In this document: positions 39,349-47,993 of the stretch, piece by piece
Layout of the letters: the number at the start of each line of letters is the position of its first letter
How positions within the stretch are numbered: position 1 is the stretch's first letter
From: a virus
Direction: 5' to 3' (one strand)
DNA length: 48,506 nt
Virus genome (UHGV): UHGV-0991693
Notes under the pieces: model-generated
Database searches by the model: none
What the model was told of the DNA's origin: nothing
The model's input: the letters and a program-made list of their open reading frames with translations, nothing else
Program-made: the position numbers and the translations under genes

Positions 39349-39647
39349 AGCGTTTCCCCTTCTTCGACATAGACGAGCTGGAATCGGTTGCCGAGGCCCG
39401 ACCAGTGCGGATCCTCTTCGCCTTGCATATCGACAAAGTAGAGCTGCCCCCGGAAGGCGAGATAGTCGTACAGCTTCAAGCCGACGAGGTTACGGCAGAT
39501 GAACCCAGACCAGATGACCGTCTGGTCGACAGCAAGGTCGCAGTACAGGTTCACGCCTCGGGAGATGAACCGGAGGGTACAGTTCTGTTCCCCAAGCACA
39601 ATCTGGAGGCTCTGGTTCGGCTCATGCCGGAGCGGTACGGTCATCAT
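39345..39647 (-). CDS. Hypothetical tail protein
   Basis: 100 aa, between the post-TMP gene and the hub. Confidence 0.3.
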   Translation of the reverse strand: MMTVPLRHEPNQSLQIVLGEQNCTLRFISRGVNLYCDLAVDQTVIWSGFICRNLVGLKLYDYLAFRGQLYFVDMQGEEDPHWSGLGNRFQLVYVEEGETL

Positions 39648-40201
39648 CCGAAAATCCCCTCGCCCAGCTTTTTCAGTGTGCTTTTTTGCGTCGTCTGCCC
39701 CTGCTGTTTCCCTGCAACCGTCGTACTGGCATCAGTCGGATTTTTGGCCTGCGCCTTGCTGATCGGCTTTATGGTTTCATTACTGTACTGCGGCTCGACC
39801 TGCCGGATCTCTTGCAGCATGAGCCCCACGAGCAGCCTGTCCACACCGTTTTCGGCCTTGCGGTCGTAGTCGTAGGAGACAAGGTTGTAGTCGAGAAACG
39901 TTTTTTCCGGGGTGACGATGCTCACGAGGTCGGTGCTTTCCGCCAGCTTGTCCAGCGCCGTCAGAAACGCCGCAAGCTCGTCGCTCTTCCCCGTGCGGCC
40001 CAGCACGACCGACACCGCCGTGGGAGAAGCGACCTTGTTGTAATCCGCGAAACTCCCTTTCTCGACGGGGTTGGAGCTGATTTTGTTCTCGGCCTTGATC
40101 GAGCATGAAAAGAACGTGTCGAAGTCGAGGGCCTTGGCGCCGTCTTTATCGAAAATCGACCAGTTGCCGGGCTGTCCCGGCGGGAGCGCGCCGAATGCCA
40201 T
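39644..40201 (-). CDS. Tail protein following the tape measure (possible DNA-circulation N-like protein)
   Basis: Start at MAFGALPPG, overlapping the TMP stop. Confidence 0.35.
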   Translation of the reverse strand: MAFGALPPGQPGNWSIFDKDGAKALDFDTFFSCSIKAENKISSNPVEKGSFADYNKVASPTAVSVVLGRTGKSDELAAFLTALDKLAESTDLVSIVTPEKTFLDYNLVSYDYDRKAENGVDRLLVGLMLQEIRQVEPQYSNETIKPISKAQAKNPTDASTTVAGKQQGQTTQKSTLKKLGEGIFG

Positions 40202-40202
40202 G

Positions 40203-42011
40203 TCAGTACCCGAATGCGCTGTCTGCCTGCGCGGTCTGATTACGAAGTGCCGGAACCACTCCTTCGGCCACCCCCTCCGCATCCGTAGCCTGCGTGTAGA
40301 CCTTGACCTCACCCACATTGGTGGTTGACGTCATCTGACGAGAATTGTTGACGTTGCTCACGTTTCCCGGACGCGCATCCCCGGCGCGCACCTGCGGCGG
40401 CAGAATAGACGGGCGGACATCACCAACCCGCATCGAATCGGCGACGCCGCCTGGCTTGGCCTCGGCCTTCGTTTCTTCCGGGCGCGAAGACTCATCGCCG
40501 CCGAGCCAATCCTTGATCCAGTCGGGAAGCAAGTTGTAGAGCTTCTGGGCTACCCAATTCAGCATTTCGACAAGCACATCGTTGATTTTGGAGATGCCTC
40601 CCCAGATCGTTTTGAGGGCTTCGATAACGCCTTTTCCGTCCAGCGTAAGAACGGAGTTGAAGAGCTTGGCGACCCCTGAAAGCGCATCCCAGACGCCCCC
40701 GAGGATACTTTTGATGCCTTCCCAAATAGCCTTGAAACGGGCCCCGATTTCGTCGCCGGTTCCGAACATCGCCCAGAGCCCGGAAAGTGCGGATTCTCCG
40801 CCGTTGATGTAGGTAATGAGATCGTCGACAACCAGCGCGATTGCGCCGATGGCCGCAATCAACGGCGTAAACGGGGCAATCGCAGCCCATGCCGCCGTCG
40901 CCATCGCGGTCAGGGCCGGAAGCATGAGCGTCGTAATGACCCCGGCCAACGCCGTAAAGAAGACGATCACGAACTGCTTGTTTTCTTTCACCCACCCGAG
41001 GAGGTCGCCGAGCAGGTTCGTCAAAAACGTGATCGCAGGGGAGACGGTGCTGGCAAAAAGGGCTGAGATGGCCTCCCATGCGTCATTGAGCCGCTGCTGC
41101 GCCTCCCGTTGCTTCTTCGCGTTTTCGATGTCCTGCTTGCTGTAGATGGCTTGAGCCTTCTGGACTTTCAGAAGATCCTCAATCCCTTTGCGGCCTTTAA
41201 GAATGAGCGGGATGGTCTTTTCGTCGAAGCCTATCTGCGTGAGGATTGAGGTCGCTTTCTGGCGGTCGATTTTTGACGTGGCGTCGGAGAGACGAAGGAG
41301 TCCTTCTTCAAAGGAAACGGCCTTCCCTTTCGCATCCGTGAAGCTCACCCCCAAGTCTTTGGTCGCGTCTTTGAGCGGCCCCGAGTCGTGCAGGATGAGA
41401 TCCTGCATCCAGTCGCCCAGATCCATGAACCGGGTCGAAAGCTCCTCGGCGTCAACCCCGGCGGAGGCTGCCGTCCTTTGCCATGCCTGCCAGTCTTCAA
41501 TGCTCATGCCGAGCGCGTCCGAAGTCTTCTCAATAGCCTGAGCCTGCTCGTAATACTGCGCTATGGAGCTTTTCAGGATGGAAACGCCGCCGATGACGGC
41601 GAGGGCCTGCGCTGCCACGCTCTTGAGCCGTTCAAAGCCAAACGCGCCTTTGTCCGCCGCGTCTTCCAGCGAAACGCCCAATCTTTTCGCGGCGGCATCA
41701 AGGGCCTCAAGACGTTCTTTTGCCGCTCCGGTGCGGATAAGCTCCTTGCGCATCCGCTGATACTCTTTCGTAACCTCACTGATTTCGCGGCCTTTTTGCA
41801 CGGCTTCCTCAAAAGCGGCCTGCAACGAAGAGGCGGCATCGGCAGACTGGCCAAGCCCTTGGGCCCCCTTGACGCCTGCGTCATATGTCGCGCGCCCCGC
41901 GTCAACGGCTGCGGCCTGCACGCCGTCCAGTCCTTTTTGGGCGTTCTGCACTTGAGCTTTGAAAGCCCCTGCGGAGAGGATGAGGGAAACGACGAGTTCA
42001 CCTGCGTTCAT
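40203..42011 (-). CDS. Tail tape measure protein
   Basis: 602 aa, alpha-helical, with a hydrophobic segment LAGVITTLMLPALTAMATAAWAAIAPFTPLIAAIGAIALVV. Follows the G/GT chaperone genes. Confidence 0.75.
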   Translation of the reverse strand: MNAGELVVSLILSAGAFKAQVQNAQKGLDGVQAAAVDAGRATYDAGVKGAQGLGQSADAASSLQAAFEEAVQKGREISEVTKEYQRMRKELIRTGAAKERLEALDAAAKRLGVSLEDAADKGAFGFERLKSVAAQALAVIGGVSILKSSIAQYYEQAQAIEKTSDALGMSIEDWQAWQRTAASAGVDAEELSTRFMDLGDWMQDLILHDSGPLKDATKDLGVSFTDAKGKAVSFEEGLLRLSDATSKIDRQKATSILTQIGFDEKTIPLILKGRKGIEDLLKVQKAQAIYSKQDIENAKKQREAQQRLNDAWEAISALFASTVSPAITFLTNLLGDLLGWVKENKQFVIVFFTALAGVITTLMLPALTAMATAAWAAIAPFTPLIAAIGAIALVVDDLITYINGGESALSGLWAMFGTGDEIGARFKAIWEGIKSILGGVWDALSGVAKLFNSVLTLDGKGVIEALKTIWGGISKINDVLVEMLNWVAQKLYNLLPDWIKDWLGGDESSRPEETKAEAKPGGVADSMRVGDVRPSILPPQVRAGDARPGNVSNVNNSRQMTSTTNVGEVKVYTQATDAEGVAEGVVPALRNQTAQADSAFGY

Positions 42012-42261
42012 TGAATCTGCTCCAGAGGCGTTGGTTGTGGCCGTCCACGGCGATGATTTCTAGCATCTCGTAGGCATCGGACAGGCCGTACACTGTTTGC
42101 ATCTCGTGCAGCGTCGCGAGGTTCCGGCTTACCGGGATGCCGACGCATCCGGGGAGGTTTGCGTAGTCCCGGAGCCCGAGGGGTTGATGATCTGCGACAG
42201 GCGGGAGGTCAAGCCCTCGCCGCCCTGCAAAAAATCCAGACAGACGGCGATAGCCTCCCAA
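41998..42261 (-). CDS. Tail assembly chaperone frameshift extension (T portion of a G-T fusion)
   Basis: -1 frame relative to the upstream chaperone ORF. The overlap contains the slippery heptamer T-TTT-TTG. Confidence 0.55.
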   Translation of the reverse strand: MGGYRRLSGFFAGRRGLDLPPVADHQPLGLRDYANLPGCVGIPVSRNLATLHEMQTVYGLSDAYEMLEIIAVDGHNQRLWSRFNERR

Positions 42262-42638
42262 CGCAGGCGGTAGATCGTGCCCACATCCTCGACATGGGCG
42301 TCGAGGTTTTGCGGGGTAAGCCTGATGACGTCATCGGGCTTGCCGGGGTTCGGGACGCGGTAGATCTGTCCGAGAAGCTCGTCATAGAGCGGTTCGGCCT
42401 GTTCCCACCGGAGCCCCGAGAGCCCCCGGAGCCCGGCGGAAAGCAGCGCGGCGGTGTTCGAAGACGCTGAAAGCGTCCGGATGTCGGCGGGCATCTCGGA
42501 ACCGAAGACGGCGAGCAGCGCACGGGCGCCCCATTTTTCCAGCTTGGTGACGGGCATTTCCTTGACCTTGAAGGTCTTCCCGGCGTCGCGGCCCTTGTCG
42601 ATGGCAATGATCTTTTCGTTGAGCATGACGGCCTCCAC
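42129..42638 (-). CDS. Tail assembly chaperone (gpG-like)
   Basis: 169 aa, between the tube and TMP genes. Confidence 0.55.
   Translation of the reverse strand: MEAVMLNEKIIAIDKGRDAGKTFKVKEMPVTKLEKWGARALLAVFGSEMPADIRTLSASSNTAALLSAGLRGLSGLRWEQAEPLYDELLGQIYRVPNPGKPDDVIRLTPQNLDAHVEDVGTIYRLRWEAIAVCLDFLQGGEGLTSRLSQIINPSGSGTTQTSPDASASR
42228..42235 (-). promoter_or_regulatory. Programmed -1 ribosomal frameshift slippery site (GAT TTT TTG)
   Basis: X XXY YYZ heptamer inside the overlap of the two chaperone ORFs. The -1 frame reads through ...FFAGRRGLDL..., matching the downstream ORF. Confidence 0.55.
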
Positions 42639-42641
42639 GGT

Positions 42642-43091
42642 TTAAAGCGGGCTCGCGGTCCACTGGTCGAAGGTGATGACGAAGGCGCTCGCCTGCAAGG
42701 TCTGAGCGGCGTTGGGGCTGGACTGCACGGAGGTGAGGCCGCCCCGCTTCCCGGTGATCTTCCGGTTGATGCTCGGCATGGCGAACTCGGCATTGCAGAG
42801 CATCACTTCCCGGGCGGTTTCCTGATACGTCGCCCAGTCTTCCATGATCTGACGGCTCGGACTGTCCGCCGCGAGAGTGATTGTGACTTCCTTGTTGGTC
42901 GGCACCCACCCGAAGGAGGTATGCCCGTCAACGCCCTTTTCCGCGACGACGGGGGTATTCGTGGCCACGCTGACCATTGCGTCGGTGCTGAACCCCTCGA
43001 TCTGCACGGGACTGTCGTAGAGCCCGGGAACCGTCAGGAAAAGCGTGCAATTTGCCGCTGTAATCGTCATGTTGCCGAAGTTGTCAGCCAT
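42642..43091 (-). CDS. Tail tube protein
   Basis: 149 aa, directly after the sheath gene. Confidence 0.6.
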   Translation of the reverse strand: MADNFGNMTITAANCTLFLTVPGLYDSPVQIEGFSTDAMVSVATNTPVVAEKGVDGHTSFGWVPTNKEVTITLAADSPSRQIMEDWATYQETAREVMLCNAEFAMPSINRKITGKRGGLTSVQSSPNAAQTLQASAFVITFDQWTASPL

Positions 43092-43102
43092 GTTTTACCT
43101 CA

Positions 43103-44608
43103 TCACTGAATGGCCGTGGCGGGCATGACGATTTGCTGCACGCTGCCGCCGTCCATGTAGTAGAATTTGCATTTGGGGGACTGGCGCTGTCCGCGCACGG
43201 TCGCGCCGGGGTCCTTGACCTGCATGTACCAGCCCTGCGTTTCAAGCGTCTGGGAAACGTCCAGCCCGATTTCCGCGAGGAGCTGCACCTTTTGGGTGTT
43301 CGAGAGGGTCACGCCCGTGCGGATAGCCCCGAAGTCGAGAAACCGCGTGATGGTGTCGAGGCAGGCCGTGCGGATCATGCCGTAGCCGCTCTCGTTGTAG
43401 GGGATGCAACTTACGGCCTTGAACAGATCAAGGAGGTTAAGCTGGAGGCCGTCTTTGATGGCGATGGCGTCAAGGTAGGTGTCGAGCCAGCCCCATTTGC
43501 CGGAAACCTGCCCATTCTGGAAAAACTTGAACTGGCTGGAGGCCGTGGCGAAGTCCGCATAGCAGTTGTAGCCATTGGCGATCAGCGCATCATAGTTCTC
43601 GTCGTTGTCGCAGGTTACGGCAAGCCCTTCGCCCTGCTTGAATGCGAAGGTGAGCCGTCCGTTCGTCTCTTCAAAGTTGATTGAGGCCGCCGTGCCCATG
43701 ACCCACGCGGCGAGTTCAGGCGTGTTGAACACGGGAACCGTCCCGTCGAGTTCGAGCACCTTGGCAATCTGATACCCCGCCGAGGCTGTGGAGCCCGCGA
43801 CCTGCGCGGCGTTGTCGGTATCCCACATCACATAGACAAAACGGGTGTCATACCCGGCGCACCACTGGGCGAGCGCGATCTTGTCGTCAAGCTCTGGCTC
43901 CCATACCGTGGAGAACGTCACCCAATCGCGGGCGTACAGGAGCACGTTGGTCATACAGTCGGGGAGCGTCTGGCCAGCCATGCCTACGGACTGGACGGCA
44001 CCGGACTGTTCGGTGAGCAGAAGCAGTGCGCCGAGGTCGGTCCCGGCTTCCGGCGGCGTCGGAAAGGCCACGGCGGAACTTGCCCCGGTCGTCGGGCTGT
44101 CGATCTGGAACGCCCCGGTCTGGCTGGAGTACGTCACCTTCGCCCCGGTAGCGCCCGCCGTCGTGAGCGCGGTCTGGATCGCCTCCGCAACCTGCGAGAA
44201 GCTGGTCGCAGCGGACAAATCCACGGAGGAAAGCGTGTGCGGCGTGTTGTCGATGGAAATGACCATCGCGCCGTTGGTGACGGCCTGCAACACGGCGATA
44301 TTGCCCGTATACTTCGCGCCGCGCAGCCATGCGCCCACGGCCTCGCCGTTGTACCGGGCAAAGAAGATCTTGTCCGGGAGGCTCGTCGTGTTCACGTAGC
44401 CGGAGAAGTACATGGAAGCCATGCTTGCCTCTTCCGAAAGCGAGCCGAAATAATTGGCCACGGCCTGCGCGCTGGCGAACTGCACGACTCTGCCTGCGGG
44501 CAAAAGCTCGGACTGCGAAAGGATGAGCCCGGCGAAGGTCAGGCCCGGCGTGCCGCCTTCGATGATGCGGGGGATGATTTGAACCAGTTTGTCGGCATTG
44601 ACGCTCAT
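43103..44608 (-). CDS. Contractile tail sheath protein
   Basis: 501 aa. Position and size match Mu gpL-type sheath proteins. Confidence 0.7.
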   Translation of the reverse strand: MSVNADKLVQIIPRIIEGGTPGLTFAGLILSQSELLPAGRVVQFASAQAVANYFGSLSEEASMASMYFSGYVNTTSLPDKIFFARYNGEAVGAWLRGAKYTGNIAVLQAVTNGAMVISIDNTPHTLSSVDLSAATSFSQVAEAIQTALTTAGATGAKVTYSSQTGAFQIDSPTTGASSAVAFPTPPEAGTDLGALLLLTEQSGAVQSVGMAGQTLPDCMTNVLLYARDWVTFSTVWEPELDDKIALAQWCAGYDTRFVYVMWDTDNAAQVAGSTASAGYQIAKVLELDGTVPVFNTPELAAWVMGTAASINFEETNGRLTFAFKQGEGLAVTCDNDENYDALIANGYNCYADFATASSQFKFFQNGQVSGKWGWLDTYLDAIAIKDGLQLNLLDLFKAVSCIPYNESGYGMIRTACLDTITRFLDFGAIRTGVTLSNTQKVQLLAEIGLDVSQTLETQGWYMQVKDPGATVRGQRQSPKCKFYYMDGGSVQQIVMPATAIQ

Positions 44609-44623
44609 TGCGCCCTCCTTTTG

Positions 44624-45109
44624 CTATGCCAGCGGATGTACGGAAAGTTCCGCGTCGGTAAAAGTATCCATCTCAACGTGTTCAACGCGGTTTGCCTGAA
44701 CCAGCACGTTGAGCATGAAGCGGGGGTTGTACTGCTCGTCACCTTCCACCTGCGTCATGTCCTGCGGGTCTTCGACGTACAGGGGGGCAATCCCGTACGT
44801 TTGCAGGAAGCGGCACCCGACGCCGTCGCGCAGGAGCGTTGCGAGCGTCTGGGCACGGTCGGCGGCGGTCGGGCCGTAGACGTCAAGCTGGACACGGCGG
44901 CGCTGCGGCTGCACGATGGCCTCTCCGCCGCACTCGGTCTGGTGCAGGTTCGTCGAGAGGCGCGTCATGCTCATCGGGGTGACGAGCACGTAGTTTTTCG
45001 CCTTCGGCTTGCTCACGCGGTTGACGTAGCCGCGTACAACGACGACGGAATCGCCGAGGTAGCGTTTGCAGAAGTCCCCAAGGGCCTGCACGAGGATGCC
45101 GTCACTCAT
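44624..45109 (-). CDS. Tail completion / terminator-like protein
   Basis: 161 aa, immediately upstream of the sheath gene. Confidence 0.35.
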   Translation of the reverse strand: MSDGILVQALGDFCKRYLGDSVVVVRGYVNRVSKPKAKNYVLVTPMSMTRLSTNLHQTECGGEAIVQPQRRRVQLDVYGPTAADRAQTLATLLRDGVGCRFLQTYGIAPLYVEDPQDMTQVEGDEQYNPRFMLNVLVQANRVEHVEMDTFTDAELSVHPLA

Positions 45110-45533
45110 CGTCTCCCCCTTTGGGCGGTTCCGTGGCCCCGACTTCCGGCGGCGCGGTTTCCCTGAGCTTCACGCACCGGATTTTCGTCCAGCCCGCCGT
45201 GGGATTCCAGCGCTCCAGAACTTGATCTACCTGCCACTCGGCGCCATCCCAGTAGAGAAGATCGCCGCCCTGCTCCGCCGGACGATCGAGGGCCGACCAG
45301 TCCCCTGAAAGATAAAAGTCGTGCCAGATCGTGTTCTGGCGCTGCTGCACGAGGAATTGCAGCGTCTTGTCGGCGACAGGCTGAGGCTGCGCCATGACTT
45401 CCACGGCGGGGGCCCATGCCGGGACCTGCTCATACTGCGCGTTTACGGTGAAGCCTGTGGAGACGAGAATCACGACCGACTGGAAAGGGTTCACGATGCC
45501 GATAAGCGGACGCACAAGTTCATGGAGATTCAT
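45102..45533 (-). CDS. Neck / head-tail joining protein
   Basis: 143 aa, overlapping neighbours. Confidence 0.35.
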   Translation of the reverse strand: MNLHELVRPLIGIVNPFQSVVILVSTGFTVNAQYEQVPAWAPAVEVMAQPQPVADKTLQFLVQQRQNTIWHDFYLSGDWSALDRPAEQGGDLLYWDGAEWQVDQVLERWNPTAGWTKIRCVKLRETAPPEVGATEPPKGGDDE

Positions 45534-46090
45534 CTTTTGACTACCTCGTAATCGATGGATTTGAGCAGGCTTCCGGAATCGATGAGCGTCCCCTTTCCCG
45601 CGCCCTTGGCGTTTTTGCGGCGCTTGGTGGATTCGGCGTTGTCCGGGGGCATATTGCTCTTAATCGTCGCCTGAATGTCGTCTGCCATGCGGCGTCCCAC
45701 AAGCCGCATCGCCTCTTTCGGCGTCCGTCCGGCTTCCAATGCTTCCGCGAGGTTATCGCACCATGCGTCTGCCTTGGCATCGAGCGTTGAGCGCAGGAAA
45801 GGCCGGGAGGGGATGGTGACGGTGTGGGCTTTGACCGACGCATCCTGCGCAAAATCACTTTTGCCCTTCTTCACGAACCGATTCCCGACGCTGCCGTCAC
45901 GCTTCCGCTTGAAGTACAAGGTTTGCGTCCGCTCAGGGATTTCGATTGTTGCGCCGTATTCGTTGTACGCCGCATACTCTGCGACGGGAGTACCACCTTC
46001 GCCCCGCGTCGCATTTTCGAGCACCCCGGCCTTCACGACGATATCGGGGGTAATGTACCGCTTGAGCAGCTTTTCGAGTTCTCCGGACAC
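45530..46090 (-). CDS. Virion morphogenesis / head-tail connector protein
   Basis: Start at MVSGELEKLL. 186 aa. Confidence 0.35.
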   Translation of the reverse strand: MSGELEKLLKRYITPDIVVKAGVLENATRGEGGTPVAEYAAYNEYGATIEIPERTQTLYFKRKRDGSVGNRFVKKGKSDFAQDASVKAHTVTIPSRPFLRSTLDAKADAWCDNLAEALEAGRTPKEAMRLVGRRMADDIQATIKSNMPPDNAESTKRRKNAKGAGKGTLIDSGSLLKSIDYEVVKR

Positions 46091-46092
46091 CA

Positions 46093-46524
46093 TTACCCCC
46101 ACGGATGCCAATACCGGGCGGCATAGTAGCGCCCGCCTACGGCATAGGGCTGGATGGCCTGCCAAAACGTCTGTCCGCACGGCGTCTGCGCGTAAAAGGC
46201 TTTCCCGGTGTTCTGGGGCACGGAGAAGCTGATGCTGACAGTTCCTTCCGTCGCCGAGGCCACTGGCCCGGCCTGCCCCATCGGCCACAAGGCCAGCGTC
46301 GCCAGATGGCAAACGAGGAGATACAGAAGCGTCTTGCGGATCATGACGCCGTGGGCCGGGTCGTAGGGAACCGGGGATGAGTTTGTGTTGTCCAAGAGCA
46401 GACAGGCGACGTCGAATGCCTGCCGAAGCTGTGTATCGGTCAGGAGGGGCTGCCCGGTCTTCGGATCGACGAAGCGCGGATAGGCCTCCCGGAACTCCTG
46501 CGGGTCAAAGACAACAACAGCCAC
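46093..46524 (-). CDS. Head-tail connector protein (DUF4054-like)
   Basis: 143 aa, a family common in Mu-like head-tail modules. Confidence 0.35.
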   Translation of the reverse strand: MAVVVFDPQEFREAYPRFVDPKTGQPLLTDTQLRQAFDVACLLLDNTNSSPVPYDPAHGVMIRKTLLYLLVCHLATLALWPMGQAGPVASATEGTVSISFSVPQNTGKAFYAQTPCGQTFWQAIQPYAVGGRYYAARYWHPWG

Positions 46525-46527
46525 GGG

Positions 46528-46941
46528 TTAGAACCCCACCTTGCTCTGGAGCGGTTCGGTCTGCGCCTTGGGGTCGTTCTCCACATCCACGGGCTCCAGC
46601 CCGTTGCGCAGTTCCGCCCTTTCGTCGGCCTCGTCCACGGCGTCGGCCTTGCGCGCCTGCGCGAAGATGAGCCCAGACTTGAAGATTTCCATGTGCGGGC
46701 CATAGGTCTTTTCAATGTACGCCCAATCGTCGGCGTTCACCCGCGTCAGCCCAAACGCGCCCACGGGCAGCACGCCCTTTTCCTTTCCGCGCAGGCTGGC
46801 GGCGTTGCCTTCGATGAGCACTTTGCGTCCGTCGGGCATGGGGAACGTGATCCCGGTCGTCCGGTTCAGGGCAACCATCACTGTATCCGTCTTCGTCGCC
46901 TGCGTTGTTTCCGGGGCGGTATTCTTTTTGGGTCTGGCCAT
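46528..46941 (-). CDS. Hypothetical protein, first gene of the head-tail/tail late operon
   Basis: Start set at MARPKKNTAPE with a GGAGGG RBS. Motif copy C lies ~55 nt upstream. Confidence 0.4.
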   Translation of the reverse strand: MARPKKNTAPETTQATKTDTVMVALNRTTGITFPMPDGRKVLIEGNAASLRGKEKGVLPVGAFGLTRVNADDWAYIEKTYGPHMEIFKSGLIFAQARKADAVDEADERAELRNGLEPVDVENDPKAQTEPLQSKVGF

Positions 46942-46996
46942 ATCTCTGTATCCCTCCGTTGTTTTGGTCATCATGGCAAAAGAGCCGGGACGAAAT

Positions 46997-47013
46997 CACC
47001 GTGAACAAAGTTC
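46997..47013 (-). promoter_or_regulatory. Copy C of the 17-bp late-operon motif (CACCGTGAACAAAGTTC)
   Basis: 16/17 match. Upstream of the head-tail joining/tail operon, 3 nt downstream of the Bro-N stop. Confidence 0.5.
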
Positions 47014-47015
47014 GG

Positions 47016-47819
47016 CTATGCGGCACGGCGAAGGCGGTACTTGCCCAGCATGTTCAGGTCGTTTTTCAGGGACAGCCGGAAGGCTTCGATCACGTCGACG
47101 TGGTACGCCTTCACGCTCCCGAAACGGCTGTCCTCGATTTCCCGGATTTCGTAATCCATACGGCGGGACATATCGGAAAGCTTGCGTCCTGCGACGGAGT
47201 ACGCGGCTGGCGTATCTGCGAAGACGTCAAGGAACCACGGGATGCCCTTCACGGACTTGTAGTCCCTGCCCCGCCCAAGTTCGTTCTCAAGAGCCGCAGC
47301 CTTGCGTACGGCTGCGGAGGCGGTTGCCATTGCGGTGGCCTCGCGGCGTGAACCGATTTCGGCCTTGGTGCGGATTGCATCGTCGCGCTCGGCTTCGATG
47401 CGCCTGATGGTGTCCTGCGCGACCAGCACGGCGCGGGCAAGGATGGCTTCGGGGGTATCGTCCAGCTTGGCTATCAGGTAGCCGCCCGTCTTACGGATGG
47501 AGGGGATGACCTCATGCGTCACCCACCGCTTGAACGCCTTGGCTTCGGGCTTGCGGGAACGCAGGATGAGGGAATACAGGCCCGGTTCTGAAATGATACG
47601 GCTATCGCGTCGCAATCCTGTGGAATCATTAAGAGTGTGGATAATATCGACAATAGGGCGTTGCTCGTCGTGCTCCAGAATGTCCGGCAGATCCCGCGTC
47701 TCCGTCCCGAGGACGGCGCATACATCCCGCGCCACAAACCACGGCTCACCCTTGTGCTCGATCACGCGAAGGGAACCGAACTTTTCATGCTCAAAAAGAG
47801 CCAAGGGAGAATTTTCCAT
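47016..47819 (-). CDS. Bro-N/KilA-N domain antirepressor
   Basis: MENSPLALFEHEKFGSLRVIEHKGEPWFVARDVCAVLG...GLYSLILRSRKPEAKAFKRWVTHEVIPSIRKTGGY. GGAGGTG RBS. Start at the internal ATG of track ORF 47016..47972. Confidence 0.7.
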   Translation of the reverse strand: MENSPLALFEHEKFGSLRVIEHKGEPWFVARDVCAVLGTETRDLPDILEHDEQRPIVDIIHTLNDSTGLRRDSRIISEPGLYSLILRSRKPEAKAFKRWVTHEVIPSIRKTGGYLIAKLDDTPEAILARAVLVAQDTIRRIEAERDDAIRTKAEIGSRREATAMATASAAVRKAAALENELGRGRDYKSVKGIPWFLDVFADTPAAYSVAGRKLSDMSRRMDYEIREIEDSRFGSVKAYHVDVIEAFRLSLKNDLNMLGKYRLRRAA

Positions 47820-47871
47820 CGCTGCACCTCCATAGTGTTTTGGAGATGATGCCGCATGGCGGCGTGGGGGC

Positions 47872-47888
47872 ACACCGTGAACAAGGTT
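47872..47888 (-). promoter_or_regulatory. Copy D of the 17-bp late-operon motif, upstream of the Bro-N gene
   Basis: Exact CACCGTGAACAAGGTTC 52 nt upstream of the Bro-N ATG. Followed (plus coordinates) by GGCAAAAGAAAAGCCCC-hairpin as in copy A. Confidence 0.5.
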
Positions 47889-47894
47889 CGTGCA

Positions 47895-47919
47895 GGCAAA
47901 AGAAAAGCCCCTTTCGGGG
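47895..47919 (-). terminator. Hairpin GCCCCTTTCGGGGC with T-rich tract (minus strand), a paralogue of the terL terminator cassette
   Basis: On the minus strand this reads GCCCCGAAAGGGGCTTTTCTTTTGCC. ~55 nt are shared with the copy A region. Confidence 0.4.
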
Positions 47920-47993
47920 CGGAGGGCGGCGGCGGTGGATTTTTGGAACGGCCTATGCCATGATAGCCTCATCTATAATAAGGGGGATGATGT

